In this document: piece by piece, positions 1 to 13,250 of the stretch
Layout: each line of letters starts with the position of its first letter
How positions within the stretch are numbered: the first letter of the stretch is position 1
Assembly (NCBI GenBank): GCA_963924565.1
Contig: OZ004612.1
Coordinates: 9,114,001 to 9,178,000, forward strand
Length of the DNA: 64,000 bases
Source: Ascidiella aspersa
Lineage: Eukaryota
Direction: 5' to 3'
Notes under the pieces: generated by a model
The model's database searches: none
The model's input: the letters and a program-made list of their open reading frames with translations, nothing else
Told to the model about the DNA's origin: nothing
Made by a program: the position numbers and the translations under genes

Positions 1-695
1 TTGATTTTACTGCGTATTGGGCTTTACTCAGTTGTTGGTTTTAATATTATGGTATTACAATTCCGTCTTAGACACGGTTGCTTTGTAGGCCTAGTTTTGG
101 CTAAACGCAGGCTCACGCTAATGTTGTTTGTTATAACAACCATCTTGAAAAGCTTACGACAACGGTCTTCGAGTAACATAAGTGTTTTGCTCTTTTATTA
201 ACTTAACACTCTTGATTGAATAACACAACATATAGCTGCTTTCAGAATAAAGACTTTTATAATTTACTAAAATGTTCACGATTGGGCGCTCAACGATCTT
301 AAGAATTTTCACAGATTTTTGAACGCTCCTGCCAAAGTCCAATTCCTGTCGGATTTATCGTATTAGCTCTGACGCCCATCTAGTGTTTAATACAAAATCA
401 ATATAACTCCACAAGGTGTAACAACGGTAAGGGTACATGAGCGCTCGCGTTTGGCTTGATTGTAATTGTTGACCTATCGAGAATTCAGGTCGGTTATCAA
501 AAAAGCAAAGTTCAGATATTGAATTATAGCTTAACAAAGCTGGCGAGTTGAATTTAAAGATGTGACGGGGGTAAACCTGGCTTGTCTTGTTTATATTTAT
601 TGAATTATGATTTGAAACCTGGTCGTTTTGTTCTGACTGTAACCAGCTGGGTCCTGCTTTTCTTTGTATAATCTCCACTTTAAATCACAGAACAT

Positions 696-1049
696 CAGGT
701 CTGCGAAGTCGGTTAAAAATGATCCTGAGTCTCGACTTAGATTCCGACTCTATACAGTTGATATTTCACCGATTTGCAAAGATAGGGTGAATCTACAGCA
801 ATCCATTTATAAGGTGTCATTTTATTATTCCACCCACAACTTAATGGAAAAATATTCCACCATATGCTATTCCACCTGACAATTTACAATTTACAGTTTG
901 TGGCCTTTCGGTACGGCGCATGCGCATGTTGAACTCGGGTCTCGGACATTCTTTTGCAGTCTTACTCGAGTCTCGAGTGCAACTTCAGTAAAATTAACCG
1001 ACTCCGCCAAGTCCCGAATCCCGAGTCCAACTCCTACTCCGCAAATCTG
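696..1049. mobile_element. Old MITE with CGACTC/GAGTC subterminal repeats
   Basis: Imperfect TIRs CAGGTCTGCGAAGTCGG / CCTACTCCGCAAATCTG (13/17), repeated gactcc/gagtc words; TSD not preserved. Confidence 0.6.
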
Positions 1050-2691
1050 CAACGAAAATATTAATCAAAAAGTCACCTGTTGTTTACAAATATTTTCCCA
1101 CTGTAGACCCCTCACAAAACTTAAAATTGCTTTAAAATATCTTGCGTTGCTGTGCATTTTGTTGTTTTTGCACAGGTTCGTTCATCATAAAACAGCAAAC
1201 GAACACTATTCGACTACAAAATTATGTAAAACAGGCGTATTTATAAACGAAGGCATGTTGTTGGTACATATGCTAATAACTCTTAGCATATTGTGTTTCT
1301 AGCTTCTGATTTCCAAGCGATAAAGCAACTTGAATTTGATGAATTAAAATTAAAATAACATATTTTGAGGTTAAGTTTAAACGTATATATAGTCAAATAC
1401 TTGTAGGGTACCACGCTCTCAGAAAATACAGGGTAAGACGCTCTCTCTTTGCGGGCTACGTCTCTCGTTGAAAATACGGTTTAGTTATGTTTATCTAATT
1501 TGGGGAAAAAACACTATAATTTAAATTCTAGGCTCATTTCAACAAACTCAAAATACCTATTTGCCAATGTCTGCATTTATCATTACTTTACTTAACAAAT
1601 TTACATTTTGTGGAAAAAACGTCTAGGACGTAATGTCGTTGTGACGTCGCAGAAGAAACCGGTTCGTGTTTACAGCGGAAGTTTTTTGCGCCTCGCTGCT
1701 CAGGAATAGATCTATGGTCGGGAAATCATCAAGACATTTTACAAGGTGAATTCATTTTTAAGAGAAGGGCAACTAAAAACAAATTGGAGTCGCAACATGC
1801 TGACAGCGTTTGCAGTGCGACCATCGAAAAAGATTGTTATCTGTCGTTTGCATGTTTGGAATATGAATAAGGCATAAGAACCCGAAACCAGTGCGACATT
1901 GTGGGTCGTGGCACGCGTGCGCTTTCAGCCAAGGAACACGGCTGTTGGATGTCGAAGTGCTTGACTGACAAAGTGTTACAACTGTTTATTGGTTGCTTAT
2001 CCTGTGATTGGAGGCACATTTAACGACCGACGGTGTCTGCTACGTACAACTCCCGGTACCAGACCAGAAAAAACGCGGCGTATGAGGTATTTAGATGGGG
2101 TTTCTGGGGGGTTTGGAGGTCGCGATGTCATGAAATACCAATAAACCTTTTCTTAGAAAGGGTTATCGTAATAAAAATACAGCTACTTTTCGCAATAGAT
2201 GCAAATGTTTCTTTGGAAAGTTCATGTTGCATCAATATTAATCGTTTGTGTGTGCGTTATTGTTTCTATATTTTATCGTTTGCACGTCGTCGTCCGTTTG
2301 TTTTTTTCACCTCATCTTTCTCACTCACGTAATATATGGTTTTTCCACTTCTGGACCACGTCTTTCACGTTTTATTTGTTATCTTGTCGGCTGTTCAATA
2401 ATTAGTTACAGTTGGCCCTTACACTAAGTTTTCCTTCGTTGTGGTGGTTCGAGAAACTGAAAGCAAGTTGAGGGCAGTCGGGTTTATGGAAGGATAGAGA
2501 AACATTTCGACACTATTGCAATTTACGTTTCTGCCCTTTTCAGACGTGGCCTGTTTATATTGTTTTGATTGCTGTTTCCTATATTAATAAAGCTTTGTAT
2601 ATCCGACAGGCCGTTAAGTAGGGTTACTATATTTTTGGCGCAACAATTATGCCGCTAAATATGGACAGATTGAAACTCTAAATCTCTAAAC

Positions 2692-3208
2692 CAGCGATTC
2701 TTCAACTTTTAATTCTCATTACAAATAAGATAAAAGTGCAACCTCCCCCACAAATCAAAAAAAGGTATGATCGCCTATGAATTACTTGATAAACATACTT
2801 TAACAAACGAGCAATTCACATTGAACTGAACAATAAAAAATGTCAACAATTTGAATGCTGGATACTATACTTTTTGCTTTAGCGGTAGCATCTCGTATCA
2901 TTATCAATATTACTTTTGAATGTAGTCGTATTGCCCTTTCTGTGGATAATTTCACTCAGGTTAACCAGAGCGAGAAAAAAGTAATCTCATATGTAAGCGA
3001 AGTTCCACTTTCACAAATTAAAAGGAAATAATCGCTAACCCTGTACGTTTTTGTTTAAAGCGGTGACATTAAAACTTGAATCAATTTGAAACGTCAGATT
3101 TTTTCCGTTCACCGTCTAACGATAAATCTTATCTCGTTTTCAAAATTAACCCTAAAAGTTGCCAAATCCCTTATTGGGGTGTAGTTTTCCACAGGTAAAG
3201 AACCACTG
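2692..3208. mobile_element. Decayed Charlie-type MITE
   Basis: CAGCGATTCTTCAAC...GGTAAAGAACCACTG termini; TSD CTCTAAAC/CGTGAAAC (5/8). Confidence 0.55.
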
Positions 3209-3941
3209 CGTGAAACAAAGCGGCGGAAATATAAAGAGATACATTTCGACATTTCGATTGCTCTCTAATAAGGGCCCGCCCTGTCAGCAGCAGCGGGCAG
3301 CAGCAAAAGAGGCAAGGTGTACAGCTTTAGCGCGAAGGGCGAAGCCTCCAGCCCGGCGCATTGTGCGACTGCTCGGCGCAATAATAATAATCAGTTCCTT
3401 GTCCGCCATCACGACATCAATATTTATGATTTGAGGAAATGCGACGAAAACATCTGCTTAATATAAACGCGCGCGTTCGAATTTCGTGTCGCGCGATCCG
3501 GTTACGATTTCGGCCCGATTGGCCTCGCGACCTGCGCAATGTTCCCGATGTGCCCGGCCCCCCGTTTTTCCGCCGGCGAACCGCTACAGCACACCCGAGC
3601 ATGACTAACTTGGATTTTTGTTTTGGAGCCGAAAAGCGGTGCTGCTGATCAGCGTATTTTAGCGTTAATTCTCGGTTAAATTTGATTGCCAGACGAGAGT
3701 TGCTATAGGGTAATTTGATCTTGTCGGCCTGTCTGCCGTATTCGCGCCAAAGTAATCTAGCAATGAGGCAGCAGTTTCATGTCCAGTTTTGAGCGCGCCG
3801 TATGTTGTAAAAATATCGCGATTTACAGTACATGTTGGCTGCAGTTCTTCATCGCAAAAATTGCTTTTATCTTACAGTAAATGTGTACAGTTGTTTCTGC
3901 TTTCATTAACTATATGAGTATGCGGATGCGGACAAATACTA

Positions 3942-5492
3942 TAGGGCTGAAATGCGATACCTTTTGATTGTCGAATATAGATACCTTTAGTATCAGATTA
4001 TTATCCATATTTTCACATTTATGTAAGGTGGAAATTAATGCAGATATAAGACAGCGTGGTCATACCCAAACAAAAACGAGTTTTTGTCCGCACCCGTTTT
4101 AACTTCGTACATTAATGCGAACACCTCATTTAAGTTATTTCTGTCTTTCTACCACAAGTTTTAACTAAACAGACGATCGTTTAAACTTTGTGAAAAAGAT
4201 TTGGAGGCAATGCAGTTGTCAAAAGTTGCGATTGATACTATATACAAAAACAGTTAATTTTGTCGGATTTAATAAGAACACGGACATGCGTTACAGCCAC
4301 CTTGAGACATACGTCGTTTACGCAGAGAGGATTATTAAGTGTACGGGTGCGATTGGCAAGTTTCATAATAAGATATTGGCTTCGCAACATTGGTATAGAA
4401 CGCTTTCTGTTAAAAAAGTGAAGTAACGCTTTACAATAGCATTGCAATAAATATATTCTAAACTTACATGCTGCAAGTATAAAACGTGGTCAGCCACATT
4501 AGTACAGGTTGTTTTGTTTGCCAGTGTAGCCCACTATAACAACAAAGCTACCAAACCGCCGATGCGGCATTGGCTCTCGTCACTGACTGCAGAACTTCGT
4601 TAAGGACGCAGAATCATTTCATGATTTACAAAGAGAGTTTACGTGAGTTAAACTTTGCAAACGCCTTTCTTCGCATTGCTGTAAATTGTTTCCAAATCGA
4701 GATATTGAATTCTACAAATTTTCTGAAAAACTGTATAAATGGTCGCGGATTGGTACTTTAAAGAATCTCAAGTCAAGGTTTAGACAGTTTAGCAAATAAG
4801 CATAAATGTGACAAACTGTGACAGTTGCAACTAATTCCAACTGTTTGAAAAACATTTTTTAACTATCCAAACTTTGTCGTAGGGTGGTGACAGAGAGTAA
4901 AACAGTAAACCATGATAATTTAGTTATTCAATCCAAAAAATGTAACAAAACTTGTCAATAAGATTTGATTCTGATTCGAGCCGAAACAACCTCACAACGA
5001 GTAGTAATCAAAATACATTTAATAACTTGTACATAATTGCTCAAAGCGCAATAAAGAACCCTACGTCACGGCGCTGACTGTTTGCTTAGTTTACTGCAAT
5101 AAGACAAACATTCGCAAAACATACAATTGAGAATGTCCGTTGTGTGACATTTTGTCTCGATACCCATATCCGAAATGTTAGCGTGAAAGTATGGCGATCT
5201 GATCCAGAAGCGAATTACGTCATAACAATATGCTCAAACAATCAAAATAGATAAAATCGGAACGTTAAAAAGTATGTTTAGGTTATAAAGTCAAAATTTG
5301 CTTTAACGTAAAAACGTTTGGTTACCTCCAGTCGTTAATCTACTACTTTTTTAATCGCTAATCATGGTTGAAACCGCTATATCAAATAGGTATCGGATCG
5401 CCACCGATACTATCATAGTATCGGGTGAATACCGATACTATACTACTTGACATTGGTTATTGGCTCCAATCCGTTATTATCGAACAGCCCTC
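3942..5492 (-). mobile_element. Probable old non-autonomous hAT element with CGATAC/GTATCG subterminal repeats
   Basis: TAGGGCTG...CAGCCCT termini with gatac/gtatc repeats at both ends; frameshifted BED-finger-like remnant (SIWKQFT...KGVCKV) on the - strand at about 4645-4700; no clear TSD. Confidence 0.55.
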
Positions 5493-5634
5493 TTCATACA
5501 ATCATAAAACGCGAGTCCCTAACTCAGCAAACCAAAGAGACATGCATCGACTTATGCACCTTCATTATAACCTATAAATGTTCGATAAAATCGGATAGCA
5601 ACCGACACCCGTCGTCAAGCAATATACGCTAAGG

Positions 5635-6393
5635 CAGTGGTCTCCAACCTGTGGGTCGCGACCCCAAGTGGGGTCGCCTAAATTTTTTCTGGGGTAGTCA
5701 TAACTCATCACATTTTTTACTGTTTTAGTACGATTTATGTATTTTGTTTTCTTTGCAATTACGTCACGCCAATAAATGTGACTGAGTACATAGAAAAGAT
5801 AAGGTTTTGTTTCTTTAACATTAAATAGGTCTTTTTAGCTCTTAAGAGCTGCTAGGTTACAGAGATTTCAGCAAATAAATATTTACTTTTGGACTTTTAT
5901 GCAACAAATTTACCAGTCTCTGTCCATTTTTGTGCGTTAATTACTCTTTCCATTTTCAACCACACGGCTTGGTTAAACAAAATTTAGCGCACTGGTCATA
6001 TTAAAAGCGAAACATCGTGCATCGCTTGGAAGTAGAGCATGGCCGTCATGCTTATGCAAAGTGATCGGCGTTTTCAAAAACTGGTGGACATTAAGCAGGC
6101 GCAAGCATCGCACTTAGTGTTGAAAGAAATTTATTTTTTGGCATAATGCTCGTGTGCTAAATATAAATTTATTGTTTAAATCAAACTACCCAAAAGAAAT
6201 CATTTTGGTGCACATAGATAGCCACATTTCTCTGAAAATGTGTATAATTTACACATATTTGCTCGTGTTACTTAGTTCCAGCATTATTATATATATAATT
6301 TAGTCCTATCTGAAAAAAATGGGGTCGCAATGTAAATTCTGATTTTATTCTATTTAAACTGGGGTCGCTTATTAAAAAGGTTGGCGACCACTG
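5635..6393 (+). mobile_element. Internally deleted hAT (Charlie/Buster-type) DNA transposon with a transposase C-terminal remnant
   Basis: 16-bp TIRs CAGTGGTC(T/G)CCAACCT (15/16), perfect 8-bp TSD CGCTAAGG (5627-5634 and 6394-6401). Degenerate coding remnant at about 5950-6115 reads PFSTT...FSALVILKAKHR...LEVEH...FQKLVDIKQAQASH, matching the Charlie-type transposase C-terminus. Confidence 0.93.
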
Positions 6394-9300
6394 CGCTAAG
6401 GTATTCTTAGGTATTTCAAAACTCCAAATGTACAAACAACTCGCCTAATTGTATATGTATTTAATTTTTCCTGCAGAGGGTCCCTTTTAGTAGCCTACAA
6501 AGTGGCATACAATTATATCCAAAGGAAAGTTGGCTGGAGATTTATAAAATATTTTTTTCTTAACAGTCAGAAGTAACTTAGATTTTACACCAGAAGCAAT
6601 TTGGGCTTAGGTCCTAAAAATGATACATTTGCACTCTTGATTTAACTATACTTTAGTTAGACTTAATAAGATTATCAAATCCCATACAAAAGTAGGTATC
6701 ATTTTAAACGCTTTGAAGAACTCCTTATTCATTTTCACAATCAGACTTTAGTTATTTTGCTGCATGAATGACGTCATTTGGTTGTGGAACGCACCGCCGT
6801 TGTTCACGCCCAAAACATCGGGTACCAGTTTTACAATAAGTACAAAGCATTGGACCACCCCTAACTCATATACATACAACAATAGTATGCATTCTTCACT
6901 TGGTTGGTGGTGTTGTACTTTTCAAGAATCCAAAGTACTTTCAAGAATCCAAGTTTCGCGATAAAACAACTCTACGTTTTGCAATTTGGCCATAGGCGAA
7001 AACATCCAATCTTTAGGACTGATTTAGAAACGCATTTCAGTCAAAGCGTTGTCACCGCGGCCCTATTTCGATGTTCCGCTCTTGTCTTCCGCGTCCATTT
7101 CGATTTTTGAGCGATTTTCCGTCGCCGTCTTTTTGTTAGCCGGGGGTCGCGCTTTCATGCGACAGAGCTAGGGCGCGCGATCTATAAAAAATCGATAGAG
7201 CAAATTCAATTATCGATAAACACGATTATCAAGCAAAAATCGATCGCATCATTTCATGAGTTTAACCCAACCGTCGGATTATATCGCGCTTTTAGGCTTA
7301 CGACACGACGCCTAAAGGAATAGAGACAGGCAATCGCAATATTTGGATAACGGTTTGTCCAAGCAGCGGACCGATTTTGGTGCTTATCGTTTCGCTATTT
7401 CACTGGTCGAGAACCAATCAGCTTGAATAGCATTTTAGATAGGAATTTCCTTCAGGCAGTTACACGAGGTCAGGTTTATGTCGTAGTTAGTGTCGAAATA
7501 TTTTTTTCATTTTGTTAAATGTAGGTAAATTGTTCCGACAATCAGGTATAGGTCGCTATTTATAGGTTTATGTCGAGACCGTTTATTTTTGTATTATTTA
7601 CAGTTTTATCCATAAATTATATTAAGGGTAACCTGATTTTTCAGCACTTGATTGACAAAACAGTTATTTCCTAATCGTACACTGTGTTGTTCTTTCTTAT
7701 TCAAAGAGTGTAATCTGCCGAGGCTATATGTGCGCAATATTACTTCAAGGATTGGTTTGGCCAAAAACTCGCGTCATGGCTTAGACAAACTTTAGAGTTA
7801 ACAAATATACTGCATTCAAGCGAAATTTACAAAGTGTATGTTGTTTCATTTATATAAAAGGCCATACCTCTATGAAATCCAAAACCATTGGCAGTAGGTT
7901 CTTGCTTGTCGATCACTGTTCCGCTGACGCGTATCATAACAATTCAGTTACCCAGGTTTTTAAACTTTGAATTCTATTGCTGTTTTTTTAAGAATGTTAA
8001 TGTGAGCTTATGTCGTTGTATCTGCGGTGATACAACTGAATTATTGTTGTAAAAGCTTAGCGTTTTTTGCAGCCTTTAGCGCTACATATACTTGTGGTTT
8101 CTAACCGTTTTTAGTTTACGGCATCCTTCATCAAATATGAACCACAGAAAACAAATGTTCGCAATTTAGGAAAATGTTCGCAATTTAGGAAAGCATTCTT
8201 GATTTGTACAAAAAACAGACTCCAAATAATTTTGAAGTATATATGGCTAACCTTTAGCGTTATAGAAACGGCACCCCGGTAAGGCAACAAGGCTATAAAA
8301 GATAAATTTATACAGGAAAGCAACGCGAGACCGTGCTCCACATGCAACTCTTACCCACCCGGGCCACTTGTCGCGTTCTATAGTGGTGGAAATAGAGTTT
8401 GGGCAAAGTCGCGCCATCGATTTATTTCGAGGGCCCGGGGTCTAAGTAAACATGACGAGCATGCCACATCGAAACACAAGTATGTGTCATCCGGCACTCC
8501 GTGTCACCGATTCAACGTCCGTAGTTGCTTTGTTGTATGTGGAATTATGTAGTGCTGTTACATCTGGACGTTTATAGACACATATAGAAGAATTATAATT
8601 TTTTAGGCAGAAAGGCTATCTGTTGCCAGTGTGCTATACGTTTTGTAATTTAAAGAAATGCCTGGGTTTGAAAAGCGTTTTAGTTTCGTGTTTAGGGTTT
8701 ATTCGACACACCATTATTTATTGATATTTTTGGTAATAAGATTTAAGTAAAAATGGAAAGCGGCATAACAGGTTCGCGTGAATTTTTCGTACGTATTTTT
8801 TTACAGTCGCTTTTGCTTCAAAGAAATGTGTTGCGAATAATGAAATTAACATTTTCAGCTAATCAAATAAATAAATTATTTTCAGGCCAAGTATTCACGT
8901 TTGTCGCAAATTACGATCAGCACTTATTCTAGGTTATGTGTTTGTCAGATATATTAGCCCACATATACCTTAAAAATAAATTTCGGACCTTCAAACAAAC
9001 AAAAGCAAAGCAATTTTTTTATCGCTGTAAAGGCTGAAAGATTTACGCCGTAAAAACAAGTACAACATTTCTGGTTCTCTCATTTAAAAAACTGTCCGCT
9101 AGACGTCGCTCACATACAACATTGGAAAAATAAGTCCGCTCTGTAAATTAACTCAAAAGCCCTGGAGAACATTCCACAAATTGCTGAAAAACATCTTTTC
9201 TAACCGTGCGTTATATTTAACGAAATATATGTCATAAAAACGCAACAACATATTTTATTATAGAGATTATAAACTAGTATGTTTATAGTTACTATTATAA

Positions 9301-12300
9301 AGCCCTTGTATAATTTGTTTATTAGAAAGGTGTGTTTTATTACAATTGTAGTTAAAGGGACACATATAGAGGCTTAAAACCCATCTGTCTACAAGAGATG
9401 CTTCAGATCGTAAGCCACTTGATTTAGGGTTTTTTAATTTCAAATATAACATAAATAAGCTGCCTATTCTTTTTCCGTGTCCAGGAAATAGCTATGGGCC
9501 TACAATAAATAGGGTTGCATTTTCCATAAGGCAAAGTGTGTCCCTGAAAACTGCATATAGATATCTGAAGATTCGGGCCTACTGAAACACCGTATATTAT
9601 TGGCATTAAATCACTCGGTTTTTATTTTGCTAACCAGTAACAAGATTAGGTGACTGTGGCACAAAGCCTACATCATTTGCAAAATATCGAATAATAATTT
9701 ATCTACTTAAAATGTTTGTTTATTTTTCTGTTTTATTATCCCTGTTGCATTGGTTTCTGTTTTATTATTCCTGGTGCTTTAGGTTGTAACTCAAAACGGT
9801 AGAAGAGTCGTATGTATACATTGCAATATATACAAGTATTTATACATTGCAATATATACAAGCAAGATATTAATACTGTTGTGCGAAAGCATACCAATTC
9901 CAGCTTGTTATATAAACATAGGCAGTCAATATACATTATTGCATGAGTCAAAATTTTGCCATCCGTAAAATATTTCATGTTGTATCGCGTTCGAGACTTT
10001 GAGTTTGAGTGGCCGTCCTGTAGGAAACACATGCCAGAAACAAACAGCAGAGCTTGCAATGTGGGGACACACATTAAAGTTACACTGGGTTACCGGCATT
10101 TGCAAGGACTCTTGTAACTGCAGTGCTGGGGTGTTACATGTATACCCCAGCTTGAGAAAATAAAATAAAAAATCGCGACGCGCAATTACGGCGACGTGTA
10201 ATGTAGATATCAGCGGCGCGCTCAAATTGCACGGCCGGGCCAGTGATAATCCGGCTTTATCCGTCGCGCTGCCAATACACAAGCGAGATCAGAGCGACGC
10301 TGCGACGTGGAATCGCGCTATTTACAGCATCTTTACACGTCGACGAATGTATTTATTGCGCGCGTGGTTAATAAGCGTATTTGCCACCCTCCCCCATTTT
10401 TCCAGTACCCCCTGCCCGCCCTACAAGGGCAACGACAGCTTTACGGTCTCCGGCCTTTGTCTGTCGGTGGCAATTAAACGATGGGGCGTTGACCGCCATT
10501 CGCCCCCCCCCCCTCCCCACGCCCGCCGCCGCTGCTGTATGTTACGTCACAATGTGACATCTCTGTGAGAATTCGTCATCGACTTTGGCGCCCCAAGGCC
10601 GGTCACTCATGTCTAAATTTCCGATTCGCTGCCGTTTTAACTGCGTTGGCAATAAAACGTATTTCTTATAAGGCGCTTCACAATTTGTTATGAAAAAGGC
10701 CCTTACATTTTAGATTGCACCTATAGTTTGCAGTTACTTCTTTCGCGCATTATGCATTTTTCGCCCACCTACTTTTAAGGTTTAAGTGTGAAGGTTAAAT
10801 ATTCTTTCAAATCCCGTATTTTTATATTAATCATTACATAATCTGACTAACAAAATTTGTTAGTTTTGCAGATAAATGTGACTGTTGTATATTAACAACA
10901 CCATTCGCATTATTTTAAATTCTGTCTTAAAATTTGTGCTCAGTTTTGTCATATAAAAATCAAAAAAGTTAAATCAACTTTAATTTCGTTAGAAACGGAA
11001 AAGCAAACGCATTAAGTTCGCGTAAAAACCTTCTCCCAGTTTCCTGCGAAGCGGTACTTTTGCTTGTCGGCCAACACAAGCACAGGATCAAATTTCCATT
11101 AGTCTCTTCGTGCTTTCTATGTTTTGATTGAGAGAAGGTTGTCCGACGTACGCCCCCCACCCCTCCCTCTCAAGCACACACATATATTGGCTTCCCAATC
11201 GCTCCATTATTTATGATCTTTCAATGTTTTATGATCGGCAACAATTGCCGTGATTGTCATGACTTTCGGCCGCCGGCTGTACCAACACACGCAAACACAC
11301 TGGGTATTTCAGATGTTGGGCATCAAACTGAAGATTCGAAACATCGTTTAGCTTCGTGCACCGGTATTCTTATGAACCCATTGGTTGTTTGACAGCCGTA
11401 ACTATCTCAAGACACATTTTTGTTTTGCTGCATGTCGCTTAGTTTAAATCAGTGGAAATTTCCAGCTCTGAATCGTCTTTTTTATATACTTCTTATTCGA
11501 AATAATTTCAGCAATTAATTTTAAAATAAAATTGAATTAAAATAATCTATTTGAATATACAAAATTGGCGCTTTTGAATATACTAAATTAATTATTCGAA
11601 TCATAAACGCATAAAATGTTTGTCTAAAATTCAAAAATTATGTTCTTCATTAGACGAATCACTAAATGATAAATCAGCGAAAAGTCATGAAAATTAAAAA
11701 AAAATATAATGAAATCAAAAAAATCGTGCAAACATTAAACAAACAATATATTTACTCTTATCGTCTTATATCGTTTTAAGGAGTTAAGCCTAAGTGTCTT
11801 ATATCGTTTTTTAAGATTTATCTCGAAACATTCACACGCGTTCGATGAAAACAAAAGCATCGCAATCTAACTCGTAAAACAGGGGTAGAGGGGCCGATTG
11901 GCGCACCGGCGATTCGCCATCAATATTTAATCCAAACAAATCAGCGCGCGAAAAGTACAATAAACTCATTACCTTTAAGCGAATCGCCTGGCAAATCGTA
12001 TATGCGTCGTGCGAACCGAAATCGGCTTTAATTATTTATGGCCGAAAACAGTAAATAAGCGATATATCGCGGAACAGCACTTGTTGAGTGTTATCGCCCG
12101 CCGCGACAGCTAGTTTGCGATAGGGCCAGATGTAAATAAAATTCTTTTTTGTGGGTGAGGGGGACTGGGGGTGCTTTCTTGTCTTCTTTGAAACTTTGCA
12201 GCTGTTTTTGGCGGTGGCGCTTCATTGCTGAGTCCTAGGGCAAAAATTTAATCTATCAAAGTATTAGTTGTACGATTGATTGTAAATATAAATCATCATA

Positions 12301-12819
12301 TATTACACCTGCATATATTTAAAAAATATTTTACAAACAGCAATCTCAAATTTTGTCTATTTGTTTTTTTACCATGTTCTAGAAAATCGCATGTAACACG
12401 ATTTGATATGCAGACCTTGATTTGTATATTTATTAGGGCAGTTTTACTTTTCTCATACATCGGTATCGAATCTCAATTTGCAGTTTAGATACTGTTTGCA
12501 ATACAGCATTGATTCTGGCGCAAGCCATCTGTTTTCCCGGCGTCATTTCCCTTAATAAAAAAAACATGTTCGGTCGCACTGCAATAAAATTGTGACATCA
12601 TTTATAAATAGTTTCCCACAAACCAAAGTCGATTGTCGTCGTTTAATCAACCGGCCCAGAGGGACTATTTCAATGCTCTCTTTTGGGAAGGAAGCGGCTT
12701 CACAATCAGACCGCTGCTTGTGTTAGCTTAACTGATCTCTAGCGGCGATTCCTAATTCTTAAATATCATTGCAGTTAAGTAAAATCTTAACGAGACGCGG
12801 TTAATGAGATCATTTTGAT

Positions 12820-13250
12820 CAGTGTTGTAATGACTTGACTTAAGTGCACGTAAGTCACTGTTTTCAAATGACTTGACTTGATTTAAGTCTTTTGGACTTT
12901 TGGTTGAAATAATATGTTGTCATTAAGCATTTTGTTTTGTAAAATTGGATTGTTTATTCTTATTCTTGCACATAAAACAATTTTCTTGCCATATGATGCT
13001 TTTATTTCATTTTTCACTTGAGTGCTCATGACCTAACGAGTTCATCAGTTATAATAGTTCAACATTTGTTTTTTACTGAGGACATGAAGTTGACTTCCCC
13101 TAATTATAACTTAAATGGGACTTGACTTGGCTGGCATTGGCTGGGGCTTGGCTTGTTATTTCTTCAAAAAAATTGACTTGGATTTAATTTATTTTAGGAA
13201 TGAATTGACTTAGACTTAAGTCATTTCAAACTGGCTTGTTTACAGCGCTG
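12820..13250 (+). mobile_element. hAT-like MITE, 'GACTT-repeat' family, copy 1
   Basis: TIRs CAGTGTTGTAA / TTACAGCGCTG, perfect 8-bp TSD ATTTTGAT, subterminal TGACT(T) arrays and GACTTAAGTC palindromes. Confidence 0.9.
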
